Shown: positions 25,747 through 34,867, numbered from the stretch's first letter. The stretch is DNA of 64,000 nt from an uncultured Acidobacteriaceae bacterium (GCA_963800565.1 CAWDBM010000008.1:308111-372110), one strand, 5' to 3'. Notes: generated by a model from the sequence alone, not told the origin. Program-made: numbers and translations.

Positions 25747-26423
25747 GCGGCTACCTCCAGAGACTCGTCCGCTCCGTAACCCAGCCGGCGAAAACCGTGC
25801 ATCCAGTGGTGGGCTCGATGTTCTCGGCTTCGCAGCGCGTGACCGAGCAAGAAATGCGGCCGGCGAATGAAGACATTCTTTCTCGTTCTTCTTCTGCCGA
25901 GCAGCAATCTGAGTCGACGGCGTCACAGCCAAAGAGAGCATTGGAGGCCGACTACGCGTCGATACTCTTGCCGCCCCACCCACAGGCCGCTGCGGAGCGG
26001 AAGCCCGTCTCGCCCGAAGAACGATTTTCATTCCAGCCACTAATGCCGACACCGCCAAGCGAAGATTCCCCGACAACCAACCGTACGCAGGACCGCAACG
26101 CTGTCGAGAGAATCACACAATCGACCGAGCCCACCGAGAAATTTTCCCCATCATCCGCTGCGGCCCTCCCCGCGCGATCTAAGCTCTCACCTGTCTCAAG
26201 CCAGACACTCAATCCCGTTGGCGGAATTCCAACCAGGCAGACGCGAAGTTCGTTCGATCGCGTCGAGCATCGCACCGCGCAAGCGCCCGAAGAAATTCAA
26301 ATTCACATTGGCCGCATCGAGGTAACTGCGGTTCAGCAGGCGCCGGCTCGCGCACCGCTCAAACCTGCCCGCAAACGAGAAAGCCTTGATGACTACCTGA
26401 GGCGGCGGGATCGGAGGGCTTGA
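25743..26423 (+). CDS. hypothetical eCIS protein, candidate tail-length/tape-measure-like factor
   Basis: ATGA overlap with the upstream gene. N-terminus MSGYLQRLVRS, a low-complexity S/P/E/Q-rich centre, and C-terminal IQIHIGRIEVTAV. Confidence 0.65.
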   Translation: MSGYLQRLVRSVTQPAKTVHPVVGSMFSASQRVTEQEMRPANEDILSRSSSAEQQSESTASQPKRALEADYASILLPPHPQAAAERKPVSPEERFSFQPLMPTPPSEDSPTTNRTQDRNAVERITQSTEPTEKFSPSSAAALPARSKLSPVSSQTLNPVGGIPTRQTRSSFDRVEHRTAQAPEEIQIHIGRIEVTAVQQAPARAPLKPARKRESLDDYLRRRDRRA

Positions 26424-27697
26424 TGAGCACTGCCCTTGCCATCCCCGGCGTTACTGCCGTCCTGCAGTACTACCTGAACAGCGTTTACAACAACGCCAGT
26501 TCGGTGCTGGGTAGCGTGTCGGTCTCATCAGTCGCTCCGGACATCGTGCAGACCACGCTGGGCAGCAGTTCGAGCGCTGCACCCCAGGTCAATTTGTTTT
26601 TGCATCAGGTCACACCGAATGCGGCCTGGCGCAATGTCGGACTGCCGTCGCTCGCCGCCGACGGAGCGACGGTCTTGAAGAATCCTCCGCTCGGACTCGA
26701 CCTGCATTATCTGCTCACCGCATACGGCTCCGAAAATAATCAGGCGGAAGCGCTGCTTAGCTACGCCGTTTCTTTCCTGCATGAGAATCCCGTCCTGCCG
26801 CGCGGCCAGATCACCGCTGCTCTGGAAGCACTGCCGACGACTTCATTCAACACCGGATTGCTCGCATCCGGGCTGGCGAGCCAGATCGAGATGATCAAAA
26901 TCACCCCCGCCACCTTGGGTCGCGAAGAAATGGCGTGGCTTTGGACTGCATTAAAAGCAGATTACCGGCCCACCTTTCCATTTCAAGTTTCGGTCGTTCT
27001 GATTCGACCGCAGAATCCGGCGGTATCGGCGCTGCCGGTCCTCACGCGCAACATTTCGGCGCAGGCAGGATTGCTTTCCGCGTTTCCAACCCTGACTGAA
27101 GTAAATCCGCCGAAAGGTCAGCCTGCGGCCTGTTTGGGCGATGTAGTCACGATTGACGGCGCCAACCTTACCGGAGCTGCCAGCGTTTTGCTGATCAATT
27201 CCCGGCAGGGAATTCAGCAGATGATCTCCGCGTTGCTCAACGCCGGAGCCACATCTTTTCAGTTCGCAGTTCCCAATCCCAGCCTGCCGCCTCCACAGCC
27301 GAACCCCACCGATCTTCCCGCGGGAATTTATCTTTTGTCGACGCAGGTAACCTCAGGGCCAGACTCTCTGAGCACCAACGGCTTACCTTTAGCGATCGCT
27401 CCGCAAATCAATTCGTCCTGGGCACCAGGCACGCTGGCCTCCGGCACGACCACGGTGACGGTTCCCTGCGCCCCCTACGTGCGTCCCAGCCAGGACGTCT
27501 CGTTGCTGATCGGCGGGCAGCAGGCTTCCGCCGACGCTTTTGCCACTCCCACGAATTCGCCTTCCTTTACCTTCCCGGCGCTGCAACCGACGCCCAAGGT
27601 ACCAGTCCGGCTGCGAGTCGACGGCGTCGACAGCCCGATTATCGATATGACCAAGACTCCGCCGGTGTTGACAGGGCCGGCGGTGCAGGTGACGTGA
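26423..27697 (+). CDS. DUF4255 (Afp16/Pvc16-like) tail terminator/cap protein with C-terminal extension
   Basis: VNLFLHQVTPNAAWRN ... PPLGLDLHYLLTAYG ... matches the DUF4255 pattern. The extra roughly 200 aa has an IPT-like segment (EVNPPKGQPAACLGDVVTIDGANLTG). The TGATG junction makes ATG 26423 the likely start. Confidence 0.85.
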   Translation: MSTALAIPGVTAVLQYYLNSVYNNASSVLGSVSVSSVAPDIVQTTLGSSSSAAPQVNLFLHQVTPNAAWRNVGLPSLAADGATVLKNPPLGLDLHYLLTAYGSENNQAEALLSYAVSFLHENPVLPRGQITAALEALPTTSFNTGLLASGLASQIEMIKITPATLGREEMAWLWTALKADYRPTFPFQVSVVLIRPQNPAVSALPVLTRNISAQAGLLSAFPTLTEVNPPKGQPAACLGDVVTIDGANLTGAASVLLINSRQGIQQMISALLNAGATSFQFAVPNPSLPPPQPNPTDLPAGIYLLSTQVTSGPDSLSTNGLPLAIAPQINSSWAPGTLASGTTTVTVPCAPYVRPSQDVSLLIGGQQASADAFATPTNSPSFTFPALQPTPKVPVRLRVDGVDSPIIDMTKTPPVLTGPAVQVT

Positions 27698-29697
27698 TGG
27701 CGACGCCAGTGACCACAAGAGCGCTAAAGACCGATTGGCTTGAAGAGAACCTGGCTTATCTGGGCGAGGAGTTTGCGCGCCTGCGACGTCAACTTGGATC
27801 GAACGAGGCATCGCCGCCGGCAGACGTCGATAACGCGAACCCGCGAATCCACTCGGAAGAACCGCCGACGGAAGAGCCGCCGACGATTGATCGGCTCACG
27901 AAGATTTTCGGCTTGAGCCAGTTCGAGCGCGATCTTCTGCTGCTCTGCGCCGGCGTTGAAATGGATTCGAAAATGGCTGCCCGGTGCGCCGAAGCGCATG
28001 GCAATCTTCAGAAAACATACGTCACCTTTGGCTTGGCAATGGCTTGTCTCTCCAACCCGCACTGGAGCGCTCTGACTCCCTCGTCTCCCCTGCGTCATTT
28101 TCGTTTGCTGGAATTGGAGGCAGGCCGTAATCTCGCCTCCTCTCCGATGCGTATCGACGAGCGCATTCTTCACTACCTGGCGGGAATAAACCTGGTGGAT
28201 CAGCGTTTGCAATCGCTTCTTGGCGTCACTCCTGATCCTGTGTGGATCGCGGAAGAGCATCGAGCAATCGCCGTCCAGGCAGCACGAATGATTGCGAGTT
28301 ATGCCGAGGCGAATTATGCGCAAGAAGGTTGCTCCCAATACTCTCCGATCGTGCACGTCTGCGGCGACGATCCGGTGGGACACGAAGACGTTGCTGCTCT
28401 AGTGGCGCAAAACCTGAGTCACCGGCTGTTCACGCTCCGTACGGACTCTCTCCCGCCAGTGGGACCGGAGCTCGATCAGATTGCGTCATTATGGGAGCGC
28501 GAATCACTGCTGGTGCCGGCGGCTCTGCTGCTGCAAACCGATGCGACAGGACTCACGCCATCCGCAAGCCACCTGATTGAGCGCCTTCCGGGACTCGTCT
28601 TTCTAAGCAGCCGCGAGCCGGTTCGTTTAAACCGCGCCTTTCTCCGTTTCGACATCAACAAACCGGGGCCGACGGAACAGAAACAGCTTTGGCAAAAAGC
28701 GTTGGGCCCAGCGGCACCGAACTTCAACGGCACGCTCGACGACTTGGCCGAGCAGTTCCGCCTCAGCGCAAGAATGATTTTCTCCACGGGTGCGCTTATG
28801 AGTTCGTCCGCTCTTATGAATTCCGAGACGAGCGAAATTCATTCCGCGGAGTTGTGGAACGCCTGCCGTTCGCTGGCGCGCCCCAAGCTCGAAGATTTGG
28901 CGCAACGAATTGTGCCACGCGCCGGTTGGGACGATCTCGTCCTCCCCGAATTGCAAAAACGCACGCTGCGCCAGATGACCGCACAGCTGCGACATCGCAT
29001 GAAGGTATATGAGACGTGGGGCTTCTCCGCCAAGGGCCGCAGAGGCCTGGGAGTAAGCGCGCTCTTCTGCGGCGAAAGCGGAACCGGCAAGACGCTGGCC
29101 GCCGAGGTGCTCGCCTGCGAACTCGGACTCGATTTATATCGCATCGATCTCTCCGCCGTGGTCAGCAAATACATTGGCGAAACGGAAAAGAATTTGAAGC
29201 AGGTCTTCGACGCGGCCGAGGAGGGCGGCATTCTTCTGCTCTTCGACGAGGCCGATGCGCTCTTTGGCAAGCGCGCTGAAGTCAAAGATAGCCATGACCG
29301 TTACGCCAACATCGAAGTTGGCTACCTGCTGCAGCGCATGGAGGCATACCAGGGATTAGCGATTCTGACCACGAACATGAAGTCGTCGCTGGATCGCGCT
29401 TTTCAGCGACGACTGCGTTTCACCGTGAATTTTCCTTTTCCTGACGCAACACAGCGCGAGGCGATATGGGGCCGGGCATTTCCGGCGTCGACTCCGACCG
29501 AAGGGCTGAATCTGAAAAAGCTCTCGCAACTCAACGTAGCCGGAGGAAACATTCGCAACATCGCATTGAACGCAGCCTTTCTTGCGGCGGAGATGGGAAA
29601 GCCGGTAGCAATGTCGCATCTGGCCGAAGCCGCAAAGCTGGAGGCGCAGAAGATCGAGCGCTCGCTCTCCGAAGCGGAAATCAGGGGTTGGGCATGA
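27697..29697 (+). CDS. AAA+ ATPase (Afp15/Pvc15-like)
   Basis: C-terminal AAA module: Walker A GESGTGKTLAAEVLA, Walker B LLLFDEADALFGKR, and TTNMKSSLDRAFQRR. The roughly 400-aa N-terminal region is unassigned. Confidence 0.92.
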   Translation: MATPVTTRALKTDWLEENLAYLGEEFARLRRQLGSNEASPPADVDNANPRIHSEEPPTEEPPTIDRLTKIFGLSQFERDLLLLCAGVEMDSKMAARCAEAHGNLQKTYVTFGLAMACLSNPHWSALTPSSPLRHFRLLELEAGRNLASSPMRIDERILHYLAGINLVDQRLQSLLGVTPDPVWIAEEHRAIAVQAARMIASYAEANYAQEGCSQYSPIVHVCGDDPVGHEDVAALVAQNLSHRLFTLRTDSLPPVGPELDQIASLWERESLLVPAALLLQTDATGLTPSASHLIERLPGLVFLSSREPVRLNRAFLRFDINKPGPTEQKQLWQKALGPAAPNFNGTLDDLAEQFRLSARMIFSTGALMSSSALMNSETSEIHSAELWNACRSLARPKLEDLAQRIVPRAGWDDLVLPELQKRTLRQMTAQLRHRMKVYETWGFSAKGRRGLGVSALFCGESGTGKTLAAEVLACELGLDLYRIDLSAVVSKYIGETEKNLKQVFDAAEEGGILLLFDEADALFGKRAEVKDSHDRYANIEVGYLLQRMEAYQGLAILTTNMKSSLDRAFQRRLRFTVNFPFPDATQREAIWGRAFPASTPTEGLNLKKLSQLNVAGGNIRNIALNAAFLAAEMGKPVAMSHLAEAAKLEAQKIERSLSEAEIRGWA

Positions 29698-29951
29698 GCC
29701 GCATTCATTTGAACATCGACCGCCTGGTGCTGAACGGACTGGGGCGCGGCGAAGCAGCGGCCCTGGCGGAAACGCTGCGCAAACAGTTGTCCGAAATTCT
29801 CGCCGACCCCGCGACAAGAGCGCAGTGGGCGCGATCGCATCGCACACCGCTTCTGAAGCTGGGACGAATGCCGCTCGAATCCGGGAATGCTGGGGCGAGA
29901 AAATTTGGCGCCCGTATGGCGGGAGCGGTTGGGAAGGGCTTGAAGCCATGA
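29694..29951 (+). CDS. small hypothetical protein (85 aa) coupled to the ATPase and DUF4157 genes
   Basis: ATGA overlaps at both ends (29694-29697 and 29948-29951). Begins MSRIHLNIDRLVLNGLG. Confidence 0.6.
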   Translation: MSRIHLNIDRLVLNGLGRGEAAALAETLRKQLSEILADPATRAQWARSHRTPLLKLGRMPLESGNAGARKFGARMAGAVGKGLKP

Positions 29952-31585
29952 GTAGCGCTACATTCGCGGAGAAAAACTCGGCCGAATCCGCTTCGAAAGC
30001 GAAGGTTGCGGCCAAGACCGCGCCCAGCGATTTGCGCATCGGACCCACGAATGATTCCTTCGAGCAGGAAGCGGATCGCCTAGCCGATCAAGTCATGAGT
30101 AGCGAATCGCCGGCACCGGACTGGTCCGTGACGCGAATGAGTGTCAGCGCACCGCTGCAAAGAAAATGTTCCTGCGGCGGCTCCGGCGGCGCGAGCGGCG
30201 AATGCGACGAGTGCAAGAAGAAAGAAAAAGAAAAACAGACGGTGCAACGAAAGGCGTCGGGTTCAACTGGATACACAGTGGCTCCGCCGATTGTGCATGA
30301 AGTGCTCAATTCTCCCGGCCAACCACTGGACAGGGCAACGCGTGATTTCTTCGAGCCGCGGTTTGGGCACGGCTTCGGGAAGGTGCGGATCCATGTCGGC
30401 GACAAAGCCACCGAATCCTCGCGCTCGGTTCAAGCCCGGGCGTTTACCGTTGGATCGAACATCGTCTTTGGCGGAGGTCAATACCGTCCGCAGAGCCACC
30501 AAGGGCGTTCACTGATCGCCCACGAATTAGCACACACCTTGCAACAGCGTCCGACGGTTGCCAGAAGCATTCTTAAGGACGATTCTTCAAAGACTTCTAC
30601 TTCTGGAACTGGCGGAGTTTCTCCGCTTTTTAATCCTTTCCTTGGCCTACCTCTGGCGATCCCCTCTCTAAACAGCCCGCCTCCGACGCCTGCTCAACTG
30701 GCTGCGCAACTGCATAAGCTGATCGATGGCGCGACGTGGAAGGAGATACGCAAGCGGGTATACCCGAAGGAATCAGCGGCTGGAATCCAGCGCGCAAAAC
30801 AGCGCAAGACGGGTGCTCTGCCGGACCTGACTGGGGTCGGCCGCATCGCGGGCCTTGAGCACTTTGCCGGGGCTGTCCGCAATATCCAACATCACTGGGG
30901 CACTTCGCCGGACAATCGAGTGAAGATGCTGGGCGCGGCGGCGAACGCTGAACTCACCGCCGCGGAGGTTCCAGGATTCCTTGCTCTTCACAAACAGGCA
31001 ATGGAATTTAAGGGGTTCTTCAGGCCGTCTGAATGGAGCTTCACCATCAGCGAAGCGCTGGTGACCGGGGCATCCCTCAGCAACGATGACGCAGCTGGGG
31101 TTGCCAATACCACATTGCATGAGAGTCGCCATGCGGAACAGGACTTTCTGGCAGCGCGGTTTGCGGCCGGCGTAAAGAAGCAGGACGCAACACAGATCGC
31201 GGCCGACCAAAACATCCCAAAAGTGATCGCCGACAAAGCTGTGGCAAAGAAGTTTGACGCCAACACGAGCCCAGCTGTGGCCGCCATGGGCGATAAGATG
31301 TTCACGGCGGGCGTAACCGAACACGCTAAGAACCAAGCCATCAGCAACGACGACGGCCTGAGCGACCTGGCCACCAAGCGCGGCGATGCCGAGACCGCGG
31401 TGAAGAATCTCGAGGCGAGCGCAACTCCCGCCACAATCGCCGAGGCCACCGCCAAGCGGGACGCGCTCAATGCACAGATCACCGTGGTAGAGCAAAAGTA
31501 CACCGCCTATCGCAACATTCCGTACGAAGCCGACGCCCACGAGGTCGGAGATGCCGCCGAACAGGCATTCAAGGGGTGGCCATGA
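29948..31585 (+). CDS. DUF4157-domain protein with distinct HExxH C-terminal domain; second putative eCIS cargo/toxin
   Basis: GQPLDRATRDFFEPRFGHGFGKVRIHVGD...AFTVGSNIVFGG...LIAHELAHTLQQ (HELAH at 30521-30535). C-terminal LHESRHAEQ (HESRH at 31118-31132). Confidence 0.85.
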   Translation: MSSATFAEKNSAESASKAKVAAKTAPSDLRIGPTNDSFEQEADRLADQVMSSESPAPDWSVTRMSVSAPLQRKCSCGGSGGASGECDECKKKEKEKQTVQRKASGSTGYTVAPPIVHEVLNSPGQPLDRATRDFFEPRFGHGFGKVRIHVGDKATESSRSVQARAFTVGSNIVFGGGQYRPQSHQGRSLIAHELAHTLQQRPTVARSILKDDSSKTSTSGTGGVSPLFNPFLGLPLAIPSLNSPPPTPAQLAAQLHKLIDGATWKEIRKRVYPKESAAGIQRAKQRKTGALPDLTGVGRIAGLEHFAGAVRNIQHHWGTSPDNRVKMLGAAANAELTAAEVPGFLALHKQAMEFKGFFRPSEWSFTISEALVTGASLSNDDAAGVANTTLHESRHAEQDFLAARFAAGVKKQDATQIAADQNIPKVIADKAVAKKFDANTSPAVAAMGDKMFTAGVTEHAKNQAISNDDGLSDLATKRGDAETAVKNLEASATPATIAEATAKRDALNAQITVVEQKYTAYRNIPYEADAHEVGDAAEQAFKGWP

Positions 31586-32094
31586 CACGAAGCGGGTGCG
31601 AACGGTGGCCATCTATCACTGCGGGCGCAGATCGGCCCGCGGGGGCGATCATGGCTGGAGAATTTTCGATGATGGAACTGATTCGGGAACTGATCCGCTT
31701 TCTTTCGCAGGATCCTTTGGCGGTCGACGAGGTCACGGCGAGGATTGGGCCGATCGTGCGCGATCCGGGCATCCCTATGCCAATCGAACTGCGACCAGCC
31801 CTAGCGGGTGTGTGCTCGGCGTATCTCACGCGCTACCCAGAGTCGGGCCTTCCCTACGTGCTAACCGTGGAGCCTACGCGGGATGCCGCTCCGACAGTGG
31901 GCGCTTTGCAGGCCGTTTTCGGCGACTATCGCCGCGCGCTGACCGGCCGCGGCATGCCGTACGAGATCGTGTTCTCCACGCCGGCCGAGGGCACGAACTG
32001 GCGCATTGTGCTCATTGCGAGATTGGAGCCCGTCAGCGATCAGATCGAAAGCACATTGGTCACTAGCATCGCGTTGCGGCGGGATCCAACTTAA
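31582..32094 (+). CDS. hypothetical protein downstream of cargo 2 (possible immunity/chaperone)
   Basis: ATGA overlap with the DUF4157 gene stop. No motif recognised. Alternative starts are GTG 31576 and ATG 31651. Confidence 0.5.
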   Translation: MTRSGCERWPSITAGADRPAGAIMAGEFSMMELIRELIRFLSQDPLAVDEVTARIGPIVRDPGIPMPIELRPALAGVCSAYLTRYPESGLPYVLTVEPTRDAAPTVGALQAVFGDYRRALTGRGMPYEIVFSTPAEGTNWRIVLIARLEPVSDQIESTLVTSIALRRDPT

Positions 32095-32153
32095 AGGCCG
32101 TCATTCAGAGGTGCCGTGATCCAAATGATGATTCTAGAGAGAACAGGAAATTC

Positions 32154-32816
32154 ATGAGTTCCTCCCCCATTTCGCCCCGCCTCGTCAAAGGTGGCATCGT
32201 CACCATGGATCCGGACACGACCGCCCTGCAGAGCGTCATCGCGCTGCAATACAACCCAGATACGTTGACGCGCACGCTGCAAATCCAGGCCGTACAAGGC
32301 GCTCAGGATGGCACTCGCGTCGATGCGCTGCGCCTGCGCGGTCCGGCCGTCGAAACCATCAAGTTGGAAGCGGAGCTTGATGCGACCGACCAATTGGAGT
32401 TTCCGAAACAGTATCCGCTAGCGGTGCAGTACGGCCTACAGCCGCAACTGGCGCAACTCGAGATGCTCATCAATCCCACGGTCGAGACGTTGATGTCGGA
32501 CGACAGCATGGCCAACAGCGGCACGCTCGAAATAATCCCGCTGGAACAGCCGCTCACGCTGTTCGTGTGGAGCAAGAGCCGAGTAGTGCCCGTTCGGCTT
32601 ACAGACTTCTCCATCACCGAAGAAGCGTTTGATCCAAACCTGAATCCCATCCGCGCCAAGGTGAGCCTTGGCCTGCGAGTGTTGAATGTCGATGACCTTG
32701 GCTTCTCGCATCCCGGCGGCCGGATGTTCATAAGTTATCTGACTAACAAGGAGCAATTGGCGTCGCAGGCAGCCACGGTCGCGATTTCTGTCCTCGGGCT
32801 CGGAGGACTGCCATGA
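32154..32816 (+). CDS. CIS tube-family protein (tube initiator, Afp5/Afp7 N-domain-like)
   Basis: GGIVTMDP....VIALQYNPDTLTRTLQ resembles the F-x-F-NPE-sl motif of contractile-injection tube/initiator proteins. Positioned immediately 5' of a LysM-like gene and the hub. Confidence 0.65.
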   Translation: MSSSPISPRLVKGGIVTMDPDTTALQSVIALQYNPDTLTRTLQIQAVQGAQDGTRVDALRLRGPAVETIKLEAELDATDQLEFPKQYPLAVQYGLQPQLAQLEMLINPTVETLMSDDSMANSGTLEIIPLEQPLTLFVWSKSRVVPVRLTDFSITEEAFDPNLNPIRAKVSLGLRVLNVDDLGFSHPGGRMFISYLTNKEQLASQAATVAISVLGLGGLP

Positions 32817-33184
32817 ACAATCCGCTTCAGGCGCTCATTCAACTCGGTGTTGTACCTACTGTAACTTTCCCCGCGGACAGCCGTTATTACGGTTCGAACA
32901 CGCTTTCTTATGTTTCGCCGAGCGGGCAGATGATCACGTATCTGGCGCGGCGTTTCGTGCCGCAGCCCGGCTCGCCTAACTTTTCTACGGTGGCGCAGCA
33001 CACGGTGAAGCAGGGAGATCGCCTCGATCTCATCGCGGCCAAGTATCTCGGCGACCCGCTGATCTTCTGGCTGATCTGCGATGCCAATGGCGCGATTCAG
33101 CCCGAGACGCTGGTCGCAACTCCGGGAACAGTGTTGAACATCACCATGCCTCAGGGCGTGCCGGGAGTGTCGAATGCTGGATAG
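32813..33184 (+). CDS. LysM-like (P2 gpX-like) baseplate protein
   Basis: HTVKQGDRLDLIAAKYLGDPLIFWLICDANG...GTVLNI fits the LysM consensus. ATGA overlap upstream. Confidence 0.7.
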   Translation: MNNPLQALIQLGVVPTVTFPADSRYYGSNTLSYVSPSGQMITYLARRFVPQPGSPNFSTVAQHTVKQGDRLDLIAAKYLGDPLIFWLICDANGAIQPETLVATPGTVLNITMPQGVPGVSNAG

Positions 33185-34316
33185 CGTGCAGCTCACCCTG
33201 ATGATGGGGCCGTTCGTTCCGATGACAGTGCCGCGCGCCGTTCTCGATGCGCTCGATGAAGTCGAAGTCACGGTCAACGACACCACCACCAGCGGCTTTC
33301 AGTTGACATTCCTCATCGACAAGCAGTCGCCGTTGCAGATTCTTTTTCTGCTTACCGGTGGGTTGCCGCTGTTATTCATGCGCGTGGTTCTCGTCGCCAC
33401 TATCAATGGCAGCGCGAATGTTTTGATCGACGGCGTGGTTACGAACAACCACATTGCTCCCGGCGACAAAGGTTCGAATTCTACGTTGACGATCACCGGA
33501 GAAGATCTCACCGCCTTGATGAATCAATCAAATTGGAGCGGGTTTCCCTTCCCTGCCTGCCCAGCGGAGGCCCGCGTAGCGTTGCTAGTGGCGAAATACT
33601 CTGTGTTCGGCGTCATTCCGATCATCATTCCGAGCGTCATGATCGATGTTCCGCTGCCGATCGACCAGATTCCCAGCCAGCAGGGAACCGACCTCAGTTA
33701 CATTCGCCTGCTCGCCGACCGCGTAGGTTACGTTTTCTATATCGACCCCGGGCCCGCTCCCGGCGTGAGCAAGGCGTATTGGGGACCGCAGATTAAATGG
33801 GGCCCGATCCAGCCCGCGCTAAGCATCGATATGGATGCTTACACCAACGTCGAGAGCCTGCACTTCAATTTTGATCAGCAGCAAAACAAAATTCCCATCG
33901 TCTACATCTACAACCAGGAGACTGGAGTATCGATTCCCATCCCCATCCCGCCGATTACGCCGTTGAATCCACCCCTGGGCGCGATTCCTCCCCTGCCTTC
34001 GAACATTCCCCCTGACCTCACATCAGTGCGCGACGATCTTTCGAAGCGGCCCATTCCGCAAGCGATCATGATCGGCCTGGCGGTGGCGTCGCAGTGGGCC
34101 GACGCGGTGACAGGCGAGGGCAGCCTCGACGTCACGCGCTATGGCGGAGTCCTGAAGGCGCGGCAACTAGTCGGCGTGCGCGGAGCGGGACCGGCCTTCG
34201 ACGGTCTCTACTACGTCAAGAGCGTGACGCACAAAATCAAGCGCGGCCAATACAAACAGAACTTCAAGCTCAGTCGAAATGGCTTGATGTCGACAGTACA
34301 AACGGTGTCACCATGA
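33174..34316 (+). CDS. baseplate hub protein (gpD / VgrG gp27-like)
   Basis: TDLSYIRLLADRVGYVFYIDPGP and the overall layout resemble late-control-D/VgrG N-domains. Followed by a spike gene. Confidence 0.7.
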   Translation: MLDSVQLTLMMGPFVPMTVPRAVLDALDEVEVTVNDTTTSGFQLTFLIDKQSPLQILFLLTGGLPLLFMRVVLVATINGSANVLIDGVVTNNHIAPGDKGSNSTLTITGEDLTALMNQSNWSGFPFPACPAEARVALLVAKYSVFGVIPIIIPSVMIDVPLPIDQIPSQQGTDLSYIRLLADRVGYVFYIDPGPAPGVSKAYWGPQIKWGPIQPALSIDMDAYTNVESLHFNFDQQQNKIPIVYIYNQETGVSIPIPIPPITPLNPPLGAIPPLPSNIPPDLTSVRDDLSKRPIPQAIMIGLAVASQWADAVTGEGSLDVTRYGGVLKARQLVGVRGAGPAFDGLYYVKSVTHKIKRGQYKQNFKLSRNGLMSTVQTVSP

Positions 34317-34867
34317 GCTCAACGGCGAACGTACCGGGCGGCAATCCAACTCGTTACTACGGCAAGTATCGCGGCCTGGTGATTGAAAACATCGACCCGG
34401 AGCAGATCGGGCGCGTGCTGCTTCAAGTGCCCGACGTGCTGGGAGAAATTCCTTCCAGCTGGGCGATGCCTTGCGTCCCCGCCGCGGGCATCCAAGCCGG
34501 CTGCTTCGTCGTGCCGCCAATCGGTTCGCAGGTCTGGGTAGAGTTCGAGCAGGGCGATCCGGACTATCCGATCTGGACAGGCGGTTTCTGGGGCCTCGTA
34601 GCCGACGTGCCCATCTTTGCCACCGCTCCGCCGGCGATTCCGCCGGGGCAGAACATCGTTCTGCAAACCACTGGGCAAAACATGGTGATGGTAAGCGATG
34701 CTCCGCCATCGCCCGTGACCGGCGGCATCGTGCTGAAGAGCGTGAGCGGAGCAATGATCGTGGTCAATGAGACGGGAATTTATATCAGCAACGGCCAGGG
34801 CGCGATGATCACGCTGGTCGGGCCGACAGTAGACATCAACATCGGCGCGCTCACGGTGCTCGGATAA
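34312..34867 (+). CDS. baseplate spike protein (gpV / gp5 OB-fold-like)
   Basis: YYGKYRGLVIENIDPEQIGRVLLQVPDVLG...SWAMPCVP...PPIGSQVWVEFEQGDPDYPIWTGGFW is the classic gpV/VgrG-spike motif. ATGA overlap with the hub gene. Confidence 0.88.
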
